Shown here one piece after another: positions 1 through 19,931 of a stretch of DNA of 64,000 bases (positions are counted from its first letter, which is position 1; every line of letters starts with the position of its first letter). Origin of the DNA: the human T2T-CHM13v2.0 reference genome, Homo sapiens. Made by a program: the position numbers and the translations under genes. The stretch lies in assembly GCF_009914755.1 (NCBI RefSeq), contig NC_060927.1. One strand, given 5' to 3'. The notes beneath the pieces were generated by a model. That model was not told the DNA's origin, searched no databases, and saw only the letters and a list, made by a program, of their open reading frames with translations.

Positions 1-59
1 TGGGGTGGGAACTGATGCTCAATCCTCCTCCTCCTCCCCCACCTCTTCATTTTCCTCCT

Positions 60-1560
60 CTTCTTCCACTTGTTTTAGATTACTATGTGTATTTATACTG
101 GTCTACTTAACTTGCCTAGTTCAGTCACCCAGGCCTTCATCTGTGAAGTGGTCTGAGCCGCTGGTTACCATGACCTAAACAGGCTGTGGTTGCTGTGTTT
201 GCCCATCTACAGCTAAAACTGAGTATGGGAGTGCTAATAGATGCCCCAGTGGATCACCTGAGAGCCTAATATTTTCCTCTCTACCCCATTACATAGTATC
301 AGATCTACCTTCTCATGATCATCAGATGCAGTTAGTCCTAATAGTATGCTGACTCTTTTTTGTGCCTGTTGGTGTATTGGCACAAGCAACCTAAAATCAC
401 CAGGGGACAGCTCTAGCTTTAAATATAATGATGTTTTACTGTGTGCACAGTATAATTGACAACCTTTTGGGAACCAGAATATTCAGATCCACAGAGACTA
501 AAGTTGCAGGGATAGGAAGTATAAATGCCCCAAAGGGTCATTGAAAGTGATGTTAAGTGGGGCTTCTCCTACCTCTGCCTGTTGTTTCCCGGACTCTGTA
601 CTCTACCTATTGAGTTCAGCATCATACACTGGCCATTGGTTTGAGGCAGTACTGCACCTTGAAGTCTAGTGCCCATCATCATGTGGTGTTACCTCCAAGC
701 TGGTGCCACAGCTGCAACTTCACTTTCACTCTGGTAGTGGTCAGCATCTTGCGGATGGTGCAGTATGTGATAGGGTTGGTGGATCTCACTGCCATGTTTC
801 CACCAATTCATCTCCTGGGCCATAGCAAGGGTCCCTTGGTCTGAGGCAATATTATATGTGATCCCAGTTTGGTAGATGAGCCTTTGGGTGGTGGGCTGAC
901 TGAGATACTATAGGCAAGAAAGGCAAATCATTACCCAGTCAGGAAGAAACATTGCCCTTTCTAAAGTTGAAGGGATCTGATCTAATCAAATTGTGACCAA
1001 GTGGCTGGTGGGCCTGTTTGAGGAATGGTGCCATGCCAAGGGCTCAGCATTCATCTCTGTGCTGACAGGCTGGACATTCAGCAGCAGTGGGCTTTGACAA
1101 AAGAGAGCCCATGCAACTGAGCACATGCATAGCCTCCCTCTCTGTCACCATGGCTACTCCATTCTGAGCCCATTGCACAAGCACTGGGGTGGCTGAGGCC
1201 ACTGCTGGTGGACATTTGCAGGCTGAGCCCTCCTATCCACATGCTTATTTAGTGCCCCTTCTGTGAGGGGTGCTCTCTGGGGGTGGGGGGGTATTAACAC
1301 ATGACAGAAAAATCCTCATCCTCCCTCGGATCCATCCACATGCGTCTTCTCTGGACCTCTTTAATCTTGACTTTACAATCTTGCTTCTTCCAGGTTCCCT
1401 GTAACCAGCTAAGCCACTTGATATTCCCAGGCAGTCAGTGCATATCCTTAATTCACACCACCTTTGTTTTCACACAAAGTTCATGATCACGTGCAGTACT
1501 GGAGCTCTGCCCATCGGGAGGATGTTCTCTCTCCAGTATCTTTCTAATACTCTGATGATC
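60..1560 (-). mobile_element. Degraded ERVL/MaLR-class internal sequence (pol RNase H/integrase remnant)
   Basis: The minus strand reads as decayed ERVL-like pol: a WAEL-like motif near 1500-1520, a YTDS..A.GLAGW-like segment and SHVNAH-like RNase H end, then integrase-like HHCC and P.HGTIP.QP segments. No open frame. Confidence 0.6.
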
Positions 1561-1659
1561 CAGACACCACACCTTGGCCTGTGTTTTTAAAATTGTGTTA
1601 AATCAGACAATATTATTTTACAAAAGTAAAGCTATGGTCTTTGTTTCATCATCAACACT

Positions 1660-2615
1660 GTTCATAATGAATATTTGACATTTTGGTTGCCCACCATCCA
1701 AACACCCTTCTTAATTGAGGGGATTTCCAACATTAGTGAGAGGTCAGTCTTAACTCCTGCTACAGAAGCCAAGAAAGATGGATATTACATTGCCTCTGCC
1801 CCTAACAGCTAGAGTGGCTGAGCAGATGCCCCTACCAGTTCTGGACTCTTAAGATAGACTCAGTCAGCTATCAGTCACTGTAGCTGCAACCACAGAAGCA
1901 AGATCTCCTTGCTCAGAGCTGGAAGAGTTCTTCAGTACAGCAACAGTGAGAACAGAGTTGGCTGGCAGTAGGTAAGCATGGTGACAGCAGTAATGATGAT
2001 GTCCTGCTAGGCCATTCCTGTGACAAGGGCTCAGTTCTTGTATTTGTTAGTCAGTTCTTGCATTGCTACAAAGAAATACCTGAAGCTGGGTAATTTATAA
2101 AGAAAAGAGGTTTAATTGGCTCATGGTTCTGCACTCTGCTCATGAAACAGAGTGCCAGAATCCACCTCTAGTGAGGGCCTCAGGAAGCTTACAATCATGG
2201 CGGAAGGTGAAGAGGACACCAGCAAATCACAGGGCGAGAGCAGGAGCAAGAGAGAGAAGGGGGATGTGCCACGTTCTTTTAAACAACCAGATCTCACCTG
2301 AACTCAGAGCAAGAACTCACTCATCGCTAAGGGGAAGGTGCTAAGCCATTCATGAGGGATCCACCCCCATGATTCCATCCCTCCCTCCAGGCCCCACCTC
2401 CAGCACTAGGGTTATGTTTCAGCATGAGATTTGAAGGAGACAAACGTCCAAACCATATCAGCCCTCCTGGGCCTCCATTGCATCCTGCTGAGTCCGGATC
2501 TCTGGTTTTCTTTCCAATTCTGTCAGCAGCCCAAGGCTCTTGCAATAATTCCTTCTCTTATTAAGTTATCTGGAGTCAGTTTCCACTTTTGCAACCCAGA
2601 ACTCAGGCTAATATA
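1660..2615 (+). mobile_element. Old ERVL LTR (LTR33/LTR16-like) split by an MST LTR
   Basis: The 3' end 'ttaagttatctggagtcagtttccacttttgcaacccagaactc' resembles LTR33-type termini; the 5' part lies at 1660-2038. Confidence 0.45.
2039..2460 (-). mobile_element. MaLR solo LTR (MSTB-like)
   Basis: 'gggtaatttataaagaaaagaggtttaattggctcatggttctgc ... ccaaaccatatca' is the reverse complement of an MST LTR. Confidence 0.85.
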
Positions 2616-4263
2616 TACCCTTTTGTTAGCATTAATCAAACATGTGGCATGGTACATAGTGCAAGGTAACAGACGCAGAAAGATATAAACCATGGCCCCT
2701 AGAAAGACCAATACCAGGCTAATAGAGAGTAAGCCGAGCGTCAAACGAATCCATGTGACAAGCATTCACATAACCTGAGCGGTTAGGTAAGGGCCCCACT
2801 GAGAAAGAGAGAGGGACTTGAACTATGTCCCAGGTAGCTGATTTCCACAGTTACAGAGGTTACTAAACAACCCTGGCACCTTATTTACCTCCATTATCTT
2901 TTGTTTGTGAGCTCCATGGACCAAGTCCATCTAGGGTGAACTACTAGATCTCATTCTGTCAGTCTCCTGCCTTTCTTTCTCCTGCTATGAAACAGTTTGA
3001 AAAAGAGAAATAATCGTATCTGTACAGGCATTCAGCAGTCCAGTCAAAATGTTCTTGTTTTCTTCTTTTCCAGAATAATATTTTCTTTATCAGACAGGAC
3101 AATTTACTTCCAAAACATTATGAAATCCATTTTTCCTTCTTTTTTCCTCCTCATTCTTTCCCTCTGTCTCTGTCATTCTTCCTTCCTTCTTTCCTCCCTC
3201 CTTTCATTCTTCTTTTTTTCCTTTCACAACAACTCTCATTTTATAAAAGTTAATATGTCTTCATTTTAGGGGAATCAGAACAGGCAGAAAAATGTAAAAC
3301 CAAAAGCAATAATTATCAACAATCACACTGCCCACGGATTTTTTTGTATTTGGATTTTTTTGGTATATTTCCTTTAAGACTTTTTTCTATTTATTCGATT
3401 CTGTATTAATAAACTTGTGATTAGGAATTGATAATGTGAGAAAATATTTATGTGTATACAATATATGTATTATATATATGTATTATATATCCTGCTTTAC
3501 CTACAATTTAACCTAAATGAAATTTAACAATTTCATTTTCCATTTTATAAAAGAAAACTCATTAGAGACAGCGTTTTTATGACCACATCATATTCTATCA
3601 TACAATATGACTTTTTAATCCATTCCTGTAACAACACTTGGATTGCTTCCAAATGATACTACAATCAATGTATTGTGAATGTTTCACTTGTTCACAAATC
3701 TTTTCCTCCATATCTAATTGCTCTTTTAAACTACTAAATTAAAAGATAAAAAAATTTAAGTTTATTAAAGCATATTGCCAAGTTGTTTTCAGAAAGGTTT
3801 TACTAATTCACACTCTCACTAACACTTGCATAAGAGAACAAATCTTACAAGTGTAGTTTTGAAACATCTTTGCTGATTTGAAAATTATTATTTCAGTGTT
3901 GTTTTATGAAACTTTAAGTTGTAAATTCTGCTCCTGCTTTGATAATCAGAGCTGTCACTTATCTGTTATTTCATATTTCCAAATGCACAGCGTGGTAGGG
4001 AAGAGGTACAGAGATTTTAACATATTTTCATTTTTAAAAAATCTATTATATTACTTATTCTAGGAAAAGAGAAGGATTATGTTGCCTGTAATTTCTTAAT
4101 ATGAATTAATAAGCCCAATAATGTATAATAACTCAATAATGTGCAAGTTGTCCATTTAATGTACATGCAAATTATCAGCATATGTTTTCTATCAGGTTGT
4201 AAATCTCCTATTGCAAGCTTTTCTTTCAAAGTTAGGTAGTTTAATCTGAGACTAAAGGTAACA

Positions 4264-4566
4264 GGCCAGGCGCAGTGGCTCATGTCTATAATCCCAGCAC
4301 TTTGGGAGGCCGAGGCGGGTTGATCACTTGAGGTCAGGAGTTTGAGGCTGGCCTGACCAATATGGTGAAACCCCATCTCTACTAAAAATACAAAAATTAG
4401 CCAGGCATGGTGGCAGCCACCTGTAATCCCAGCTTGGGAGGCTGAGGCAGGAGAATCTCATGAACCCGGGAGGCAGAGGTTGCAATGAGCCAAGATCGCG
4501 CCCCTGCACTGCAGCATGGGCGACAGAGTGAGACTCCATCTCAAAAAATAAATAAATAAATAGATA
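4264..4566 (+). mobile_element. Alu (AluS)
   Basis: GGCCAGGCGCAGTGGCTCA head, dimeric body, (AAAT)n tail. Confidence 0.95.
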
Positions 4567-5148
4567 AAATTTTTCCTTTAGACCCAATCAATTGTTACCT
4601 GTAGAAGAGTGACTGTCAGAGTTCCCTAATGTATACTTATATACACACTCATCTACGTGCACACGTGTACCCACACCATGTCTCCCTCTCCTTTAGTACA
4701 TCACCACTCTATGTGGTGATTGGATCTAAGCAATATTTATCCTCAAATCTACATTAAATAAGGATTTATGAGGGCTCTGTGCACATAAAAATATTATTTG
4801 ATAAAGTATAAAATGGAAGACTGTGCTGAAAGATAACCAATAGTCACATGTTTTCATGGTAATTAATACAAAGTTTAACTGAACAGAATAATTGAGTCTT
4901 TAAAAAAAAAAGCAGCAGAGAAGATACCAAAGAGATTATAAATCAGCATTATCGAGAAGGAAAGTTGGCATTGTGTATCAAAAGCCATAAAAATATTCAT
5001 CCACCTTGGCCCAGCAATTCCACTGCCAGGAATGTATCCTAAGAAAATAATCACAGTTTTGCAAAGAGATTTATGGGGAAAATGTTCAGTGCATCAATGT
5101 TTATAAAATAAAATTTGGAAGTAACCTAAAAATCTAGTAATAGGAAAA

Positions 5149-5230
5149 TATCAGGTTGAAACACTGAAATCGGTGATACTCAACTACTTTAAACTAGAAA
5201 AATAGCTATTAAAAGTAGTTCAACCTAAAT
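5149..5230. mobile_element. MADE2-like mariner MITE (~80 bp)
   Basis: Terminal inverted repeats 'tcaggttgaaac ... gtttcaacctaa', preceded by TA; length and internal sequence fit MADE2. Confidence 0.7.
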
Positions 5231-5356
5231 ATATACACTAAATATGTTAAATTTAATTTAGGGGCCAGATACATCAATAAAGTGACATGATGTTTGGTAT
5301 GTGGTATTGATAGAAGAATATTTAATGATATGAAAAAATCAAAATACAGTAATTAG

Positions 5357-5650
<294 letters not shown>

Positions 5651-5896
5651 CAGTAATTAGATTTTTTAAAAATCATATAACAAAACAGTGAATAGAACAT
5701 GTCCTTTTAATGACTTGGTGGATACGAGTTAATATCTACATATTGACATGATTAACATGCATTATCTCTGGCTGTGGGACTGTAGATTACTTTATATTCA
5801 TCTTCGTGCCTTTCTTTGTTTTCCGAATAGAGATGGCAATTCTGTATTATTTTTGCAATCATAAAAATAAACTAAATACTACATACACACACCTCA

Positions 5897-6204
<308 letters not shown>

Positions 6205-7189
6205 GAGAGAGAGAGAGAATTGGCAGAGTATTCCTGCACCATTATAGCTCTGGAGAAAAAAAAGACTTTGCTTCCTCTCACGACCTTCTACAACTCTTGT
6301 CATGGGTCCATTTTCATTTGCAATTGGGCAGATAATCAGGGACATAAAGCAATTTATTGTCCACCCTTAAATAAAGTTTAAACAGTTGACTGGGAGGTAT
6401 GCCTTTAGCAAAGAGCATTCCTTGTGTTTCCCAGATGGCTGAAATGCCTTTCACAGAGGAAACATTTAAAAAGGACAGGCATTTTCCCTGAGAGGTAAAA
6501 TCCTCATTAGGGTTAGGGGAAGGGCAAGGAGAAAGCATGCAAAGGCTGAGTGGTCAAGGCCAGCTTGGGAGCTGCACTTGGGGCAGGCAGTGATGGCTGA
6601 AGAAGGAAGAGGTTGGTCCCAATACAGACCTACTCAAGTTCACAGCTGAGAAATAGGAAACCAGAAAATAACAAGAACAAAGCAGTAGCTTTCTAACACC
6701 TTTTCATGTTGGACATGAGTGGTGAATTAGAGAAAGTTCTTGATATTCCCCTGAGCATCTATGTTCAGAACCAACTGTTGAGAAATCTATTTGAACTGGA
6801 TTTCATAACCTACTAGAGAGACCAAAAACATGTTGAAACATGAGAGAAAATGATTAAAGATATAAATAAATCCAGACTTGTTTCAATACATGTGGCATCT
6901 CAAAGTACAAATTTTGTTACTTCATACTTTGGCTAGTTATTTTTTTTGTTTTTTTTAACAAAATAGTCCTTTGCCAGATACCTCCAGATAAATGGCTGGG
7001 TGTACACAGGATTCCAGAATTCCTATTCAATGATAATGGAAGGATGCCTCCCTAGGGTTTTATAAAACAAAGGGTCGGGAAAAGAACACATGACATTATT
7101 AGTAAAATATACAGATTTTCTAGCTAGTTCATGTGCACAGGCATTGTAAAATACGTGGGTGTCGTTTTGATGATTGATTTCTCCACTCA

Positions 7190-7420
7190 GTAACTAGTCA
7201 TAGCACAAACTCCAGAGCCAGGCTCTGGGCTTGTCTCCCAGCACTGTCACTTATTGTCTATGTGGCCTCAATCAAGTTACCTAACCGCTCTGTGCCTCAG
7301 TTTCTCTATCTAGAAAATGGGGTTAGTAACACTAACCCCCTTGCAGGATTATTGTGAAGACTAAATGAGTTAAATACGTAAAGCACTACAGCACCTGGCC
7401 ATGGTAAATAATAGGAAGGT
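7190..7420 (+). mobile_element. MIR SINE
   Basis: MIR core 'caagttacctaaccgctctgtgcctcagtttctctatctagaaaatgggg ... gtgaagactaaatgag'. Confidence 0.85.
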
Positions 7421-7667
7421 GTTGGCTCCCCGTCTCTCAGTATTCCTTTGTCTTCCACATCAGCAGTTATCAATCTTTCCCCCAGTTCATCACATTGAGA
7501 AATATAATATGTTTTCTTCAGTAACAGGAGCTTACTATGGCAGTGATTTTTAAGAGGAAGGTATGGAAACTTCCCTGGATGGGGTGAGGGTTGGAGGGTG
7601 GGGAATTAGACTCTTGTGGATGCCTTCACCTTGTAAATGCTCCCCAGATGACTTTGACATCCACTTC

Positions 7668-7966
<299 letters not shown>

Positions 7967-8474
7967 CCATCCACCCCATTTTCATGAGAGTCATGAGGTA
8001 GAATAGTCCATCCAGAGATACTGTTAGCATCAATTATTCTAATCTGTGCTAACTTAACAATTTCTTTGATGACCGGTTGGTCCCTGACAGAACGATCCTC
8101 AGATCCTGCCCACCCCTTTCTACCCACTGTGTCAAATTATCATCATTATAGGTTTGCTTCTCTTTTTACAGTAAGAGAATATGCACACGCCATGCATCAC
8201 CCAAACTACTCCAACTCCTCAGAGAATCATGCCATCTCCCTGAGCCGGAAGCAGCTGTCCACAATGGGGACACAAGTTATGCAACTATCCTGTGATTTGA
8301 AGTGAGGACCAATTTATGAGGGTGTTTTTCATGAAGTGTTTTGTTTTGCTGTGGGGAAACCCAAAGAGGCCATCTCTCTGCAGAGTTCTCTCTTCTAAAT
8401 ATTGCAGTCAGACTTTGAAAACTGCCAGCATGTGGGACGCAAACTAAAAAACTGCCTTTCCTTGGGGCCACAGC

Positions 8475-9222
<748 letters not shown>

Positions 9223-9299
9223 CAACAATTATTATTTTCATGCGATAGCATCTATTGGCCTCCTCCTATAGCGACCAATGCAAAGAAGAGCAAATAAAT

Positions 9300-9405
9300 C
9301 ACTGCTTTGTTCACCTGTTAGCCTCAGAGCATAGCCAAATTCCTAGCACATATTAGGCAATCAAAAATATTTCTTGAATGAATAATCAAACAAATGAATA
9401 AATAG
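9300..9405 (+). mobile_element. L2 3' end
   Basis: 'cctagcacatattaggcaatcaaaaatatttcttgaatgaat', typical of an L2 tail. Confidence 0.6.
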
Positions 9406-9692
9406 TTCCTAACATGTTTTAAAATAAGTTATTAACCTTGTGGCTAGCTGCAACATTTCCCTCTTTCCTGTATCTTGTTTTTAATTAATAGGTTATTTTT
9501 CCTAACAGTAAATGTATTATGTTGTTGAAATTTTGGATACGACACAGAAAAGTGCAAAGGAGAAAATATAAAACCACACATACCCTAAGGCCCAGAAGCA
9601 ACCTCTGGTAATGTATTGGTATCCTTCCAGAGCTCTTTTCAATGCATATATAGTACATCCTCCCATATTATAAATCTATGGCTATTAGTCTA

Positions 9693-11203
<1,511 letters not shown>

Positions 11204-11409
11204 TATTTTAATATAGTCTCTGAAAGTGGCAGTGCTCTGGGAACACTTATATATAAGGTCGCCAATATCTGGTATGAATGAGTGAGTTTGTCAAAGTGTT
11301 TTTACCATTGACTGAAAAGATCTACAGAACCTGAAACTCAAGAGTCATCAGGGGCAAATGGAAAACATTTTTGAGAAGGAGGAAATGAAGCTCAACTTTA
11401 CCCATTTTA

Positions 11410-11718
<309 letters not shown>

Positions 11719-11914
11719 ATGGAGCCACAGCTGGCCTTGATGATGAACATCAAGTCAGTATGGCTTAGTGCAGAATCCTAATAACAATGGTCCTGTCTTG
11801 CTAAAGAAGTAAAGCAAGCAAAGACCCCATAATATTACCTGCATTTATATGTAAGAAGAAGGACAAAGAGGTTTTTTTTTTTTTCTCAAAAGTTGTTTTA
11901 AGATTCATAGGCAT

Positions 11915-12140
11915 CCAGCTTTCACTTTTAAAATTAATGTTAACTTGTTTCCACAAAAAGTGTGAGGAAATGAGTCAGGAAACAGTAAAAGGGCGGAGTG
12001 GGAGAGTGGGGGAGAGAGAGAAAAGAGACAGAGAGAGAGAGAGAGAGAGAAACTCATCTGAGGAATAAGGCAGGGTGATTACGTCTGAGTGGTTTTACTA
12101 TCCTACGCCTGGATTTCCTGAGACGGAAAATTCCAGGAAT
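11915..12140. promoter_or_regulatory. Candidate inflammatory/interferon enhancer
   Basis: IRF site (rc AAAAGTGAAAGC, 11918-11929), GGAAATGAGTCAGGAAA (AP-1 at 11971-11977 flanked by ETS/IRF half-sites), GC box 11991-11996, NF-kB GGAAAATTCC 12125-12134 overlapping GAS TTCCAGGAA 12131-12139. Confidence 0.6.
12013..12050. repeat. (GA)n microsatellite
   Basis: Imperfect GA dinucleotide run. Confidence 0.9.
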
Positions 12141-13589
12141 AGGAGCTGCCTTGAGAGCTTCCTATTGGCATTCTTTCCTATTAATTTGGCTTTTCGCAAG
12201 TTATTAGGCAACTTAAGCTGTTTAACTTTAACAATGTTCTGTTTTTCTGTGGTTTCTGGATTATGTAATACCTAACCAAAGAATAAACAACCAAAGAAAA
12301 TAACTTTTACTTCATACTTTGGCAAGTGTATTCAAAAGGCAAAGATCTAGATCTGAGAAACAGTTTGGTAAAAGTTAAGGTGCAATCAGAAAACTAAGTG
12401 TCACAGAAATGAACTTATTGGCCACTCAGGGAGGTTTTCAAGGTGATATATTTTCAGTGAAATGAATCATACATGTTTGTACGGTCACTGGTCAAAGTGA
12501 AGGTTACTCGGTAGAAAAGCAATGTTGTTTTGATTGTACTAGTCTGATGGTGAGAATGCCCCTGAATTCAAATTAAAGAAATGTTTATTGCTGGTGCCTA
12601 CAGCACTGATATATGACTTTGTTTTGCAGTTGAACTCAGGTCACCTTTCTTGCTATTGGGAACTTATTTTTCAACCCAGAAGATAAAAGAACAGATGATT
12701 TAACTGATATTAAATAGAGGCTCTTATTACCTTTTGTGTGGTCACATTTTGACCTGAATTGAACCTATGAGAAATGTAAACAAAACTGTATATACGTTTA
12801 AATGTGAAGTGAATTCTTCAGGCAGAAAGCACAAGGTTATAGCCATAATGTAGAAGAAAAAACAATAAAAAGGCAACCCCAAAGCAGGTACCACCCTCAT
12901 AACTGGTTTGATTTATGTGATCTTGGAGATGATTGCCACATCTAAAATGCAGATAATAATAAATATTTATCTACCTGCCTCATGGAGACTCACACGAAGT
13001 ACTGATGGGCGCTACTTTCACAGTAATTTGCCTTCTTTTCACCTTAACCTTGCTAAGCGTTATGCTAAGTGCATTGTATTTTATATCTATTCTTCTCAAC
13101 TATTCTGCAACCTGAGTGTCCTCTCTCTCCTCTCTCTTTCTCTTTTTTTCCTCTCTTTCTCTCTCTGTCTCTCTCATAGAAGAAGAAATTAAAACTCAGA
13201 GACTATAAGTAATTTTTTTCAAGGTGTAAGTGAATGATTGGAGATCACAAGACTGAGAACAATAGACTATTCTTTATGAGGAAATACAGGCTTTGGATTG
13301 ATTCTCTTTTCATTTGGTTATTTTATCTGACAAAATTCAGATGAAAAAGCAGACAGACTTACTTTTTCACCTTAAATCATTTTTTTTACTAGGAAATGTT
13401 AAAAGAAAAATCATTGCTAAAAATAAGAATAATACTTTTTGCATTCATTTAAAGGCTTTTCTAGTTTGTACAATACTTTCTTAAACGTAATCCCTGCTGG
13501 AATGCTTTCTAATTTTTTACCTTTAGCTCCTAGCAAATGTGAATTTGTTTTTTGTTGTTGTTGTAAGACCCAACAAAGCAAATTAAAAT

Positions 13590-14764
<1,175 letters not shown>

Positions 14765-14771
14765 TGTGTAA

Positions 14772-15129
<358 letters not shown>

Positions 15130-15684
15130 TATTTTTAATATTTTTAAATTCTTAATTTTTAAATTTTTGTGGGTACACAGTAGGTGTATATACTTATGGG
15201 GTACATGAGATGTTTTGATACAGGTATGCAATGTGTAATAAGCACATCATGGAGAATGGGGTATCCATCCCCTCAAGCATTTATCCTTTGTATTACAATC
15301 AACCCAGTTACACTCTTTTCCTTATTTTTAAATGTACAGTTATTATTGACTATAGTGGTCCTGTTGTGCTATCAAATAGTAGATCTTATTCATTGACTCT
15401 AACTATGTTTTGGACCCATTAACCATACCCATCTCCCCCACCCCACCCCCAAGTCCCAACTACCCTCTGAGCCTCTGGTAAGCATCCTTCTTCTATGTCT
15501 GTGAGTTCAATTGTTTTGATTTTTAGATCCCACAAGTAAGCAAGAACATGAAATGTTTGTCTTTTTGTGCCTGGCTTATTTCACTTAACATAATAATCTC
15601 CAGTCCGTTCATGCTGCTGCAAATGACAAGATCTCATTCTTTTTTGTGATGGAACAGTACTCCATTGTGAATATGTACTACATT

Positions 15685-17706
<2,022 letters not shown>

Positions 17707-18817
17707 TTTACATTTTCTTTACCCATTCATCTGTTGATAGACTCTTAGGCTGCTTCCAAATCTTAATTATTGTGAACTGTGCTGCAACAAACATGGGAGT
17801 GCAGAGATCTCTTCAACATACTGATTTCCTTTCTTTTGAGTATATACCTAGCAATGGGATTGCTCTATTGTTGTTATTGCTATGTTATGATAGCTCTATT
17901 TAGTTTTTTGAGGAACCTCCAAACTGTTCTCCATAGTGGTTGTACTAATTTACATTCCCACCAACATTGCATGAGGGTTCCCTTTTCTCCACATCCTCAC
18001 TAGCGTTTGTTACTGCGTGTCTTTTGGCTACAAGCCATTTTAACTTACAGTGAGATGATATCTCACTGTAGTTTTGATTTGAATTTCTCTGGTGATCAAT
18101 AATGCTGAGCACCTTTTCATATTCCTGTTTGCCATTCATGAGTCTTCTAAGTAATGTCTATTCAAATCTTTTGCCCATTTTTTGATTGGATTATTGGATT
18201 TTTTTCCTATAGAGTTGTTTGAGTTCCTTATGTATTCTGGTTATTAATCCTTTGTCAGAGTGGTAGTTTGCAAATATTCTCTCCCATTCTGTAGGTTGTC
18301 TGTTTACTTTGTTCATTGTTTCCTTTGCTGTGCAGAAGCTTTTTAACTTGGTGTGATCTCACTTGTTCATTTTTGCTTTGATTGCATGTGCTTGTGGAGT
18401 ATTGCTCAATAAATCTTTGCCCAGACCAATGTCATGGAGATTTCCCCCAGTGTTTTCTTGTAGTAGCTTCATAGTTTGAGGTCTTAGATTTAAGTCTTTA
18501 ATCCATTTTGAATTGATTTTTGTATGTGGCGAGAGATAGGGGTCTAGTTTCACTCTTCTGCATATGGTTATCCAGTTTTCCAAGCACCATTCATTGAAGA
18601 AACAGTCTTTTCCCCAGTGTACGTTCTTGGCACCTTTGTTAAAAATGAGTTCACAGTAGCTGTGTGGATTTGCTTCTAGGTTATTGATTCTGTTTCATTG
18701 ATCTATGTGTCTGTTTTTATGCCAATACCATGCTTGTTTTGGTTACTGTAGCTCTGTAGTATAATTTCAAGTAAAGTATGGTGATTTCTTCAGTTTTGTT
18801 ATTTTTGCTTGGGATAG

Positions 18818-19199
18818 TGATATGGTTTGAATCTGTATCTGCACCCAGGTCTCAGGTTGAACTGTGATCCCAGTGTTGGAGGTGAAGTATAGCAAGAGGT
18901 GAGTGGGTCATGGGGGCAGATTTCCCCCTTGCTGTTCTCATGATAGTGAATGAGTTCTCTCGAAATACGGTTGTTTAAAAGTGTGTAGCACCTCCCTCAC
19001 TTTTTCCTGCTTCAGCCATATAAGACATGTTTGATTCCTCTTCACCTTCCACCATGACTGAAACTTTCCTGAGCTCTCCCAAGAAGCCTCTATGCTTCCT
19101 GTATAGCCTGCAGAACCATGAGCCAATTTAACTTATTTACTTTATAAATTACCAAGTCTCAGGTCTTTCTTTACAGCAGTGCAAGAATGAACTAATACA
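18818..19199 (+). mobile_element. MaLR solo LTR (MSTA-like) nested in L1MA
   Basis: TGATATGGTTTG...ACTAATACA termini; 5-bp TSD GATAG. Confidence 0.92.
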
Positions 19200-19611
19200 G
19201 ATAGCTTTGGTTATTCTGGGTCTCTTATGGTTTTGTACAAATTTTAGAATAGTTTTTTCTATTTCTATGAAGAATGCCATTGGTATTTTGATAGGGATTG
19301 CATTAAATCTGTACATTGCTCTGGACAGTATGGACATTTTAACAATGTTGATTCTTCCAATCCATGAACATGGAACATTTTTTCATTTTTTGGTAATTTC
19401 TTCAATTTCCACATTAGTATTTTACAGTTTTCATCATAGAGACCTTCCACTTCTTTGGCTAAGTAAATTTCTAGGTATTTAATTTTAATTTTATTTGTGA
19501 GTATTGTCAATGAGATTACTTTTTAAATTTCTTTTCCAAATTGTTCACTGTTGGCATATATAAATGCTACTGATTTTCGTAAGTTGCTTTTGTATCCTGC
19601 AAATTTACTGA

Positions 19612-19931
<320 letters not shown>

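Noticed and set aside
5149-5230. Possible miRNA hairpin from the MADE element
   Set aside because: Only the termini pair; miR-548-type hairpins derive from near-palindromic MADE1, not this decayed MADE2-like copy.
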